Shown piece by piece: positions 1 to 7,383 of a stretch of DNA of 22,897 nt. Numbering within the stretch: position 1 is the stretch's first letter; each line of letters starts with the position of its first letter. The notes beneath the pieces were generated by a model. It was not told the DNA's origin, ran no database searches, and worked only from the letters and a program-made list of their open reading frames with translations. The position numbers and the translations under genes are program-made. This DNA comes from Clostridia bacterium (lineage in GTDB: Bacteria; Bacillota; Clostridia; UMGS1883): positions 1 to 22,897 of the forward strand of contig JBJDXJ010000041.1 in NCBI GenBank assembly GCA_051866635.1, in the 5' to 3' direction.

Positions 1-14
1 CTTCACTCATAATA

Positions 15-1304
15 TCACGCTCCTGGATTTTCTGCGTACAGCTTATGCGTTCCCTCTCGCCAAGCCTTCTCCTCATCGGAGCATTGATAGCCCAAATCCT
101 CTAAAAAGCTGTATATAATGTCAAGCCGATCATTTTTTGTGTATTTGCAGTTATAATCCGCATAACTCCAATTTTCGCTGTCGTGGAAATTGCAATAAGC
201 CGCAAGGAGCAACACTTTCTTTGGGGGCATTGAAACAATAATGTCCGAAAGAGTTTCCGAAGTGTCACCTTCCTCAATCCCTGCCACAAAACAAAACTCA
301 TCGTCAGTTATAATCTTGTAGTTGTTCTGGTTCTTTATAATTGATGCAACCGCAAATTTCATTAGCGTGTCGTACTGTTTTTCATCAATATAAACCGTCC
401 TGACAAATTCACGCCGCAGATCATACGCCTGTTTTGCTATTGCGGATAATTCTGCTTTTAGCCGATCTTTTGCAATACGTTCTTCTTCTCTTGCACTTTC
501 TTGGGCAAGTTCAGCTTCATTTTTATCTCTGAACAGTTCAAAGTATCTGCCGTTGTTACATTCCACATAGTAATAGTTTACTGTATCTGCATCTTCGGGA
601 ACGGTAAAATCATCACATGCCGAAATAAAACGAACATAGTACAAGCCTTTTCGGTTCTCTACCTCCGTTGCAAAAGATTTGATTTTTTCTCTTACTTTTT
701 CATAATTTTTTTGCCGTTCTTCTTTTTCAACTGCCTTTTTTATTTCCCAGTCAAAATTGGAGGTACCAATGCACATTAGGCACCTGTCTCTTTCCACCGG
801 GTCCTCAATTTTCAAAAGCTTCTCATAGTCGGCAAGTGTTGCACCTTTCTGCTCCGCTTTCTTAAGCTTGTCCACAGTGGCAATCTTCATAAGGTTGCTC
901 CTGCGCCTTACCGTGCTTTCGCTCAATCCTGTGCTTTTGCTTATGTCACTTACACTGTCGCCCAGGTCAAGCATCATCTGTATGCCGCCTGCCTGCTCCA
1001 CAAGCGTTAAATCGCTTCTCTGCATATTCTCCAATAGCATACAGCTCAGCTGTTCCTTCTCGGTCATGCTGCGCACTATGCAAGGCACCTCCGTAAGCCC
1101 TGCCAATTTCGCCGCCGCAAGTCTGCGGTGTCCTATGATGCAGGTGTACCCAAAGCTTCCCGGCACAACCGTCAGGTTCTGGTATATACCCTTCTCTTTT
1201 ATGCTCGCACTAAGCTCGCTTAAATCCCCCAAATCTTTTCTTGGGTTATCCGGATGAGGGCGTATACGTTCAACTGCAATCATCTCAATTTCATTCTTAG
1301 CCAT
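15..1304 (-). CDS. ParB/Spo0J-like N-terminal domain protein (phage)
   Basis: IRPHPDNPRK, GIYQNLTV, IIGHRRLAAAK and ENMQRSDL motifs, then an HTH; GGAGG RBS; overlaps the stop of the upstream gene. Confidence 0.9.
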   Translation of the reverse strand: MAKNEIEMIAVERIRPHPDNPRKDLGDLSELSASIKEKGIYQNLTVVPGSFGYTCIIGHRRLAAAKLAGLTEVPCIVRSMTEKEQLSCMLLENMQRSDLTLVEQAGGIQMMLDLGDSVSDISKSTGLSESTVRRRSNLMKIATVDKLKKAEQKGATLADYEKLLKIEDPVERDRCLMCIGTSNFDWEIKKAVEKEERQKNYEKVREKIKSFATEVENRKGLYYVRFISACDDFTVPEDADTVNYYYVECNNGRYFELFRDKNEAELAQESAREEERIAKDRLKAELSAIAKQAYDLRREFVRTVYIDEKQYDTLMKFAVASIIKNQNNYKIITDDEFCFVAGIEEGDTSETLSDIIVSMPPKKVLLLAAYCNFHDSENWSYADYNCKYTKNDRLDIIYSFLEDLGYQCSDEEKAWREGTHKLYAENPGA

Positions 1305-1635
1305 TTTTATCCTCCTTCATAGGTTTGTTCCAGCATCCGTAGCATTTTCCCGAACAAACGGTGTCAATACCGTAAATAGTATCTCTACAGACTGTAGGAG
1401 TACCATCGGGTTTTAACCGGCAATTCGGAAACTTTTCCAAAAAATCGTCCCTGTATGTCTTTTTCAGGGTGTTTTCTGCACACTCTACAAGCGCTACAAG
1501 CTTTTCCGTATCATCATCTATGACATCGGCGTTAAAGCATTTTATCAATATTTCCTTTATTTGCCTTACTTCGCTTGTCATGTCCTTTATCGCGCTTATT
1601 ATCTGTTCCGTCGGTGTTTCAAAAAGAATACTCAT
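1297..1635 (-). CDS. Hypothetical phage protein, Cys-rich C-terminus
   Basis: 112 aa, AGGAGG upstream, C-terminal C..CxxCWN cluster, in operon. Confidence 0.75.
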   Translation of the reverse strand: MSILFETPTEQIISAIKDMTSEVRQIKEILIKCFNADVIDDDTEKLVALVECAENTLKKTYRDDFLEKFPNCRLKPDGTPTVCRDTIYGIDTVCSGKCYGCWNKPMKEDKNG

Positions 1636-1655
1636 TTGCTTTTCTTCCTCCTTCT

Positions 1656-1820
1656 TTATCTTCTCTTTTTCCTTCTCTTATTTTTTATAACAGTTGACCG
1701 CTTCGGGATGTACATTCCATTTGCACCACTTCCTTTGTCAAATGCCATATTGCTGTATGGACTTTCAGCAATGCTTGAAGCTATCGCAATAGCTTGTAAC
1801 GCTATATGTTTTCTTTTCAT
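1656..1820 (-). CDS. Small basic hypothetical protein (54 aa, not in ORF track)
   Basis: Hand-translated MKRKHIALQ...KNKRRKKRR; TAATG coupling to upstream ORF; fills the operon gap. Confidence 0.6.
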   Translation of the reverse strand: MKRKHIALQAIAIASSIAESPYSNMAFDKGSGANGMYIPKRSTVIKNKRRKKRR

Positions 1821-2011
1821 TATTTGTCGCGCTCCTTCAACGCCGCTTCTGCTTCTTCTTTTTCGGCTTCAAGTTGTTCAACCCTTTCTGCCAAAAAATC
1901 TATTGCCCCTGCAAGGGCGTTTATAGTGGTGCAAATAGTGTACATTGCTTCCCTGGTATAAAAAAAGGGCACATCTCCTTTTAACCTTGGCATCTTCTTT
2001 AATTTAGGCAT
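1820..2011 (-). CDS. Hypothetical phage protein (63 aa)
   Basis: Overlaps stop/start of both neighbours; ends KEEAEAALK like its upstream neighbour. Confidence 0.6.
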   Translation of the reverse strand: MPKLKKMPRLKGDVPFFYTREAMYTICTTINALAGAIDFLAERVEQLEAEKEEAEAALKERDK

Positions 2012-2468
2012 TTTTGTTTTCCCCCTTCAACGCCGCTTCCGCTTCTTCTTTGGTAAGAAATACTGTTTTGCCTATTGCGGAAAAGGGAAACCATTCATTT
2101 GATAACCGCATTCCGAATGTTTCTATAAGCAATGGTTTTAAAAGAATATATTTGCCTTTCTTTGTTTCCTTGATTACTATTACTTCGCAAGGAATAGCCG
2201 CTTTTGAATTTATGTCCTTTTCGTATGGAAGAAAAAAACAACCTTTCTGTGCATACACACAATCCCCTACCTTACAGGGCGGTACAATAACACCGTTGGC
2301 AAGAAGATAGTCGGCTTCAATCTCATATATGCTGCGGCGGTCAATATCCGTCTTGCTGTTAAAATGTCCCTTTTCGGCAAGTATTATTTTCGTGGCTTCA
2401 CGAAGATGGTCCCCTGCTTTTTCACTCCCCTCTTTTAACAGCTCAATCAATCTTTCACGCTCTGTCAT
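2004..2468 (-). CDS. Hypothetical phage protein
   Basis: 154 aa, GGAGG RBS; PCKVGD...VFLTKEEAEAAL pattern common in Firmicute phage early genes. Confidence 0.8.
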   Translation of the reverse strand: MTERERLIELLKEGSEKAGDHLREATKIILAEKGHFNSKTDIDRRSIYEIEADYLLANGVIVPPCKVGDCVYAQKGCFFLPYEKDINSKAAIPCEVIVIKETKKGKYILLKPLLIETFGMRLSNEWFPFSAIGKTVFLTKEEAEAALKGENKNA

Positions 2469-2679
2469 TCCGTGCCTCCAGTTCTTTTACTGCATCCTCT
2501 TCATTTTCAAAAACAGCTTTTCCTATATCTTTTCGGTTGAACGTCCAGCTACCACTTTCTGAAACTGCGTAAAAACGACCGTGTACAATGTCTACAATTT
2601 TAACCTTTATGATATACACCTTATGTTCAAAGGAAAATCCAAATCTACCAAGCAAATAAACTGTATCTCCAATTTTCAT
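2455..2679 (-). CDS. Hypothetical phage protein (74 aa)
   Basis: Start moved to ATG 2679 (GGAGG, TAATG coupling); KIGDTVY...IGKAVFENEEDA resembles the C-terminal part of the next gene. Confidence 0.75.
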   Translation of the reverse strand: MKIGDTVYLLGRFGFSFEHKVYIIKVKIVDIVHGRFYAVSESGSWTFNRKDIGKAVFENEEDAVKELEARNDRA

Positions 2680-2912
2680 TATTCTTCCACCTCCATCGGA
2701 GGCGAAGGCAAAGGCATCCAATGAGTGACAATTTCGTCACTTACTTCCGTTTTTAGTCCGTTCGGCATTTCCCATACCTGTGAACCTTTCTTGTACCAAG
2801 CAACTCCAACAATCCCTGCATATATTATGTAAGCTCCTCCATTTTCAGGAAGCTTGTCTTTAACGCTTATCCACTTATCGGTAACACAAATATCATTAGG
2901 TAATGGATACAT
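2679..2912 (-). CDS. DUF551-like phage protein
   Basis: WISVKDKLPE ... VTHWMPLPSPP signature; AAGGAG RBS 7 nt before ATG 2912. Confidence 0.85.
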   Translation of the reverse strand: MYPLPNDICVTDKWISVKDKLPENGGAYIIYAGIVGVAWYKKGSQVWEMPNGLKTEVSDEIVTHWMPLPSPPMEVEE

Positions 2913-2914
2913 AA

Positions 2915-3211
2915 TCATTCTCCTTTCTTTAGGTCCATCTTTGCACCGCAATTAAAACAATAATTAAACTTAATCGCAAAACTATTTCTGCTCAGGCAAT
3001 TAGAGCAAATGTAATACTCTTTCTCAAACAGCCTTTTTCTCACAGGGGCAATCCACGCCCCGTGCTTCACTTTCTCAACATCGGCTGCCGTCTTTCCGTC
3101 CACCGCCATTTGTGCCGCTTTTTCGACAAGTTTATATTTGTCTTTGTTATCAGTCTCAAACTGCAAAGAATATTCGCCATTGCCTTGCTGTGATTTCCAA
3201 GATGTTGCCAT
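2915..3211 (-). CDS. Phage protein with C-terminal zinc ribbon
   Basis: HGAWI...CSNC...NYCFNCGAKMD. Confidence 0.8.
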   Translation of the reverse strand: MATSWKSQQGNGEYSLQFETDNKDKYKLVEKAAQMAVDGKTAADVEKVKHGAWIAPVRKRLFEKEYYICSNCLSRNSFAIKFNYCFNCGAKMDLKKGE

Positions 3212-3215
3212 TCTG

Positions 3216-3362
3216 TCACCACCCCATAAACTTCTTTTTCTTTCTTTTCTTGCACTTTGTACATTCGCACATAAACTCTATAACACGATTTCCGCAATAA
3301 TCGTTATATTCACGCAATGCATAAAGCCTTTCCCACTCATGTTTTAAAAAACATAAAGCCAT
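3216..3362 (-). CDS. Small putative Zn-binding protein (48 aa, not in ORF track)
   Basis: Hand-translated MALCFLKHEW...CECTKCKKRKKKKFMGW; TGATG coupling with upstream ORF. Confidence 0.65.
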   Translation of the reverse strand: MALCFLKHEWERLYALREYNDYCGNRVIEFMCECTKCKKRKKKKFMGW

Positions 3363-3505
3363 CACTCCGCGCCCTCCTTAAATATATCCTCGCCTCTGTT
3401 CAGTATCCCGTCAGCCACTCTCGGAGCAACAATATCAATCAAGTGTACCGCCACCACTCCTGCAAGGCTATGCCGTATAATTTTTATCAGTTTTTCACGT
3501 TTCAT
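3362..3505 (-). CDS. Small hypothetical protein (47 aa, not in ORF track)
   Basis: MKREKLIKII...IFKEGAE; GGAGG RBS; ATGA overlap with the YopX stop. Confidence 0.65.
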   Translation of the reverse strand: MKREKLIKIIRHSLAGVVAVHLIDIVAPRVADGILNRGEDIFKEGAE

Positions 3506-3939
3506 TTTGCTACCTCCAGTAGTTCGGGTTTGTCATAGATATTGCCGATAACTTCAATATCTGTGAAATAACATATATCATCCCTCAAACCATATTCTGC
3601 TGCCAATTTTGTGTCTTTGCTAAATGCTTCAAAATAAAAACCTATATATCCATAATTTTCAGCATTTGCAACACCGCCACATTTTCCAAACTTCACAACA
3701 AAGATATAACCGTCTGCTTTGACAATATCCCCCTCGAAAATCTTCTTGCCGTTCTTATCGGTCAAGCCTGTGTACTGTCCGACTGTTTCACGGATAACGC
3801 TCCAATCACCGTCGTCATATTCTGACCTCAAAGGGAAAATACACGGAAAATCGGTATCATTCACATAATCATCAGAATAAATACCGTAAAGCCATTTACC
3901 GTCCGATTCTCGCTTGCCCCTAAACAAAATTTCTCTCAT
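3502..3939 (-). CDS. YopX-family phage protein
   Basis: MREILFRGK, GQYTGLTDKNGKKIFEGDIV and EVIGNIYDKPELL signatures; start may instead be 3957. Confidence 0.92.
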   Translation of the reverse strand: MREILFRGKRESDGKWLYGIYSDDYVNDTDFPCIFPLRSEYDDGDWSVIRETVGQYTGLTDKNGKKIFEGDIVKADGYIFVVKFGKCGGVANAENYGYIGFYFEAFSKDTKLAAEYGLRDDICYFTDIEVIGNIYDKPELLEVAK

Positions 3940-3967
3940 ATCTACACCATCTTTCATTTATTTTTAA

Positions 3968-4144
3968 GCGATATATTTGCCTTGCAAATTCGATATAATC
4001 TCACTTCGTTCCGATTTCGATATAAACTCGCTATTCTCGTTTTCGATATGATATAAATCCTTTGTGTTCCGCAGAACATATCGAGCCGTTAGGCATATCG
4101 AGTTCTAACAGAACATATCTAAAATCAGACAGGATTTATATCGC
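3968..4144. repeat. Palindromic CGATAT/ATATCG ladder element, full copy
   Basis: CGATAT at 3969, 3991, 4018, 4044; ATATCG/T at 4078, 4095, 4115, 4138; small hairpins between them; terminal inverted repeat GCGATATA/TATATCGC. Confidence 0.85.
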
Positions 4145-5171
4145 TGACGAATTCCGTACACTCATCACAGTTATCGCACCCTGCCTTGCAACCGTAAAGG
4201 TCGCTCCATTTCATGCACATATGCCTTTGACAATAAGGCTCATATCCCAGCTCATTCATGTGGTACCTAAGCAGACCCACCAATACGGAAAGTTGCTTTT
4301 TGGTTTCCGTTCTGTACTCCGAAAGATGTACCGCCTGTCTTACTTTCACTTCCGGTCTGCCACTTCCCCACTCTCCGTCACCGAGCATTGCACGTACTTT
4401 GTCTGCATCCTCTGTGAAGTACATATTGTAAACTTTGCCGCGTACAGCCTTTTCGCTCTTGCCAATTGCTTCACCGATTAACATATAACTGTCACCGTTT
4501 TTTATGCCTTCAGCAAGTGTCATATACATTTCGTCCGTCCACACGCTACCGGGGCCGTGATTGTCTGCCTTAATGGGCCTGTCCTTTATACCCAAATCGT
4601 TGCATCGCCTCTGAATAGCTCCGCAGGAACGATGTAGCATTTTCGAGAGTTCCGCATATGTGTATTTGTGTTGCTTAAGGTAGAAAATCAGCTTATCATC
4701 TTCATAAGGTGTCCATACATCCTTCCTCTGAACAGCACACGTCTTGAAATCATTCTTACGCTGCATGGTAAGCCACTCGGGTTCCTCACCCAATATCAAA
4801 GGGTCCATCTTTGAAAAATCAATGAAACTTCTGTTATTTTCTGCCCATGACCAGAATTCGTTAAGATAAACCACTCTGACAACCTTTTTATCAAGTCTTT
4901 TGTTGTGTATTGGAAGCCCCCTATTTGCTACCCAACTCTTTAGTTTGTAGCCGCTTCCGGAATTACTCCCCGTCACCGCAATAAGTAATTGGTTCAACGT
5001 AATATACTCGCCATTATTAAAATATTGCCCAAGACCCAGTCTCTGTGCCATAAGTTTTATTGCTGTTTTACTTCTGCTAAGTTTGTTTGCTATATATGGG
5101 ACAGAAGTTTTACCCCAGTTCTCTGCAAGATACTCCTTCTCCGCATCCGTCCAGTTTCTCGCTTGTCCCAT
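4125..5171 (-). CDS. Phage protein with three WT-x-x-E (Myb/SANT-like) helical repeats and Cys-rich tail
   Basis: WTDAEKEYL, WTPYEDDKL and WTDEMYMTL, each followed by HTH-like helices; putative DNA-binding. Confidence 0.75.
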   Translation of the reverse strand: MGQARNWTDAEKEYLAENWGKTSVPYIANKLSRSKTAIKLMAQRLGLGQYFNNGEYITLNQLLIAVTGSNSGSGYKLKSWVANRGLPIHNKRLDKKVVRVVYLNEFWSWAENNRSFIDFSKMDPLILGEEPEWLTMQRKNDFKTCAVQRKDVWTPYEDDKLIFYLKQHKYTYAELSKMLHRSCGAIQRRCNDLGIKDRPIKADNHGPGSVWTDEMYMTLAEGIKNGDSYMLIGEAIGKSEKAVRGKVYNMYFTEDADKVRAMLGDGEWGSGRPEVKVRQAVHLSEYRTETKKQLSVLVGLLRYHMNELGYEPYCQRHMCMKWSDLYGCKAGCDNCDECTEFVSDINPV

Positions 5172-5172
5172 T

Positions 5173-5448
5173 TTAAGACTCCATCACAGGTACTTCCAGT
5201 ACCTGTCCCACATACACGACGCTATCTTTCATGCCGTTTGCCTTCTTTATCTGGTATGTAATCTCTCTGATGTCCCCTGTATAATCGGGGTTGTGTTCCT
5301 CGGCGATTTTCCACAGCGTGTCCCCGGTATCAACAGCGTGGTAATCCCAACGTACCACTTGTGGTTTTATAAAACTGTGGACAATCATTACTATAAGCAG
5401 TACCCATAACACCGCAATAACCACACTAAATAAAAATTTCTTCTTCAT
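5173..5448 (-). CDS. Membrane-anchored LysM protein (YneA-like architecture)
   Basis: N-terminal KKK plus hydrophobic helix; HAVDTGDTLWKIAEE...VYVGQVLEVP LysM domain. Confidence 0.85.
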   Translation of the reverse strand: MKKKFLFSVVIAVLWVLLIVMIVHSFIKPQVVRWDYHAVDTGDTLWKIAEEHNPDYTGDIREITYQIKKANGMKDSVVYVGQVLEVPVMES

Positions 5449-5450
5449 AG

Positions 5451-5561
5451 TCACCCCACCAATCTAAGCAGTATTCCCAGCAGTGCTGTCGCCCCTGTTA
5501 TCAGTCCTAACACAATAGCCGCGCATACGCAGCCTATCTTTCGTATTTCATCATGTTTCAT
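5451..5561 (-). CDS. Small single-TM protein (36 aa, not in ORF track)
   Basis: MKHDEIRKIGCVCAAIVLGLITGATALLGILLRLVG; GAGAGG RBS; stop adjoins the LysM start. Confidence 0.65.
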   Translation of the reverse strand: MKHDEIRKIGCVCAAIVLGLITGATALLGILLRLVG

Positions 5562-5588
5562 ATGCTTGTCCTCTCTTTCTGCACCGTG

Positions 5589-5650
5589 CGATATGATATA
5601 AATCCTTTGTGTTCCGCAGAACATATCGAGCCGTTAGGCATATCGAGTTC
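5589..5650. repeat. 62-bp exact copy of 4044-4105 (core of the CGATAT element)
   Basis: cgatatgatataaatcc...ggcatatcgagttc is identical at both places. Confidence 0.95.
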
Positions 5651-6047
5651 CATATGTTTTACATTTCTGAGCTGCTGTTCTAAGCTTCCCTCTAAGCCTG
5701 TCCACCGCTTCAATGTCACCCTTTGCCTTATATTCCTCAATTGCATTTTCAATCGCCATTATAAGGGACAAGTTATAATCCTCTTCATCTGTCCCCACGT
5801 TTCCCTCATACACTTCCGGCTCTCTCATCATTTCGCTCCTTAGAACAGAAACAATTCTGCAATAAGGGTAAACCTCCGCATTGCTCCATGCGTTCTCATT
5901 TGCTACAGCCCTTACCGAAGGATAATCTATAACTGCCTTTACAATGTAATGGTCATGCACCTTTCCCCTAACCTTACTGCATACATACCTTCCGTCAGGG
6001 TAACCTCCAGCCACCTTCTTACCAACTATGTACAGTTTTTCTTTCAT
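5634..6047 (-). CDS. Hypothetical phage protein (137 aa)
   Basis: GGAGG RBS and ATGA overlap; stop codon lies inside the 62-bp repeat. Confidence 0.7.
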   Translation of the reverse strand: MKEKLYIVGKKVAGGYPDGRYVCSKVRGKVHDHYIVKAVIDYPSVRAVANENAWSNAEVYPYCRIVSVLRSEMMREPEVYEGNVGTDEEDYNLSLIMAIENAIEEYKAKGDIEAVDRLRGKLRTAAQKCKTYGTRYA

Positions 6048-6271
6048 TCCTTCCCCTCCAAAAATGCGTTTTTCCCAAATTCTGAAAAGTAAACTCTTAT
6101 CCGCCTTCCACTAACAATGTTTTCTGCAAGTACGTATGACTTGTATCGCCTTTTCAGATTATCACTCATAATATGTACGCTGGTTACTTTGCCCCGCATA
6201 ACCTTTCCCCTAACTATCACCCGTATCACATCATCAGGCACACACGGCAAAATATTTCTCACATCATTCAC
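6044..6271 (-). CDS. Hypothetical phage protein (~75 aa)
   Basis: GTG at 6271 preceded by AAAGGTGG; coupled to the downstream gene. Confidence 0.65.
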   Translation of the reverse strand: MNDVRNILPCVPDDVIRVIVRGKVMRGKVTSVHIMSDNLKRRYKSYVLAENIVSGRRIRVYFSEFGKNAFLEGKE

Positions 6272-6306
6272 CGTACAGCACCACCTTTCCCGCATCATTG
6301 TCTATA

Positions 6307-6411
6307 AATGAATAATTAATATTTAATAATTAATAATTATTGTGAATTTTCGCATTACGCGAAAATTTTCCGAAATTATTCATCATTCACTCTTCATTAT
6401 TAATTATCATT
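6307..6411. repeat. AT-rich inverted-repeat element with ~7-bp periodic arms and central hairpin
   Basis: aatgaataattaata ... tattaattatcatt ends; hairpin aattttcgc-attac-gcgaaaatt at 6345-6367. Confidence 0.7.
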
Positions 6412-6418
6412 GCCGACC

Positions 6419-6521
6419 ACGGCACAGCCCTGCACCCTCACTCAATCATCCTCAGGATGCATTCGGGCTCGGTTCTCCCTACCTCTTCACTCTTCACTAT
6501 TCACTATTCACTACTTTCCCC
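6419..6521. repeat. 103-bp dispersed repeat, copy 1
   Basis: Matches 6895-6997 with 4 mismatches; includes (ttcactc/ttcacta)n heptamers. Confidence 0.95.
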
Positions 6522-6537
6522 TCTGCCCTCATAATTT

Positions 6538-6738
6538 TTATCCGCATAAATACTTAGCCACGCTGCCTATCGGTATCTTGCCGTCCACAACAACAATATG
6601 TTTATTCTCAATCATCTTCTGCAAATGCGTAAAGCTCACACCCAAAGCTTCCCTCGCCTGCTTCTTCGTCATTGTCATAGGGTATCTTTCCGCTAAATAC
6701 ATAAGCATTTCCCTATACCCTTCTCTTTCCCTGCTCAT
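6538..6738 (-). CDS. Small HTH DNA-binding protein, excisionase-like
   Basis: 66 aa, MTKKQAREALGVS...IP.. pattern; first gene after cro; AAGGCGGTG RBS. Confidence 0.75.
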   Translation of the reverse strand: MSREREGYREMLMYLAERYPMTMTKKQAREALGVSFTHLQKMIENKHIVVVDGKIPIGSVAKYLCG

Positions 6739-6894
6739 ATTTTCACCGCCTTTCCCATACTACTTACGGAAAGTGATAAGTAATAGTGAAAAAGTAATAA
6801 GTTTGGTAGATTTTCGCATATTTTTCTGCAAGGAACCACGTTTGTAACATCAATTCACCTTCACCACTCTTACGGTGGCTCGTCTCATTGCGTT

Positions 6895-6997
6895 ACGGCA
6901 CAGCCCTGCACTCTCACTTAATCATCCTCAGGATGCATTCGGGCTCGGTTCTCCTTACCTCTTCACTCTTCACTATTCACTATTCCCTACTTTCCCC
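6895..6997. repeat. 103-bp dispersed repeat, copy 2
   Basis: 476 bp from copy 1; abuts the cro-like stop codon (6998-7000). Confidence 0.95.
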
Positions 6998-7195
6998 CTA
7001 CGCGCTTTCTCTGAACATATTCGGGTCAATTCCAAGAGAACTGCATATAATAAGAAATTCTTCCGCGGTCATCTTCCTGCCGTTTCTCAATATTTTAGAG
7101 ATAGTATCTGCCGGGATTCCCGTTTTTTCCGAAATAAATATCTGTTTAATACCGTTTTCTTTTACAAAATCGTTCAGCTTCTCATTTATTGACAT
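6998..7195 (-). CDS. Cro-like XRE HTH protein
   Basis: 65 aa, GIKQIFISEKTGI...ISKIL...ICSSLG; AAGGAGG RBS; divergent from the repressor. Confidence 0.88.
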   Translation of the reverse strand: MSINEKLNDFVKENGIKQIFISEKTGIPADTISKILRNGRKMTAEEFLIICSSLGIDPNMFRESA

Positions 7196-7215
7196 ATATT
7201 TTCCTCCTTTGTAAA

Positions 7216-7367
7216 TCTATATTTTTTAGACTTCATATACAATATAACCTATGTTTTTTAGATTGTCAATACTTTTTCGCAATTTTTATCTATGTTTTTT
7301 AGATTTTTCTATTGACAAAAGCTTTTGTTCAGTTTATATTGATAATAGAAATTCTAAAAATTCAAGA
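7216..7367. promoter_or_regulatory. Lysis/lysogeny switch: divergent sigmaA promoters and 15-bp operators TCTA-N7-TAGA
   Basis: Operators at 7216-7230, 7248-7262, 7289-7303 and a weak one at 7353-7367. Leftward promoter TTGACA (7269-7264)-17-TATATT (7246-7241). Rightward promoter TTGACA (7312-7317)-17-TATATT (7335-7340). Confidence 0.85.
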
Positions 7368-7383
7368 AAAGGTGGTGTTTATA

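Noticed and set aside
3216-3362. Suspected frameshift in the T/A run near 3342-3351
   Set aside because: Recounting gives an intact 48-aa frame.
3968-4144. CGATAT ladder as a mini-CRISPR array
   Set aside because: The repeat is only 6-7 bp, flips orientation midway, has short self-complementary spacers, and no cas genes are present.
4062-5843. Plus-strand ORFs sharing CSAEHIEPLGISS (4062-4481, 5553-5843)
   Set aside because: Artefacts of the 62-bp repeat, antisense to operon genes.
6445-6465. Hammerhead ribozyme from minus-strand CUGAGGA
   Set aside because: No stem II plus GAAA at the right spacing, and the motif is absent from copy 3.
6419-6997. 103-bp pair as a DGR template/variable region
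   Set aside because: Only 4 differences (three transitions, one not fitting the same adenine template); both copies are intergenic; no reverse transcriptase in the window.
6342-7214. Plus-strand ORFs 6342-6557, 6410-6847, 6875-7192 and 6888-7214 with shared peptides
   Set aside because: The shared peptide is just the translated DNA repeat; they are antisense to better-supported genes and lack RBSs.
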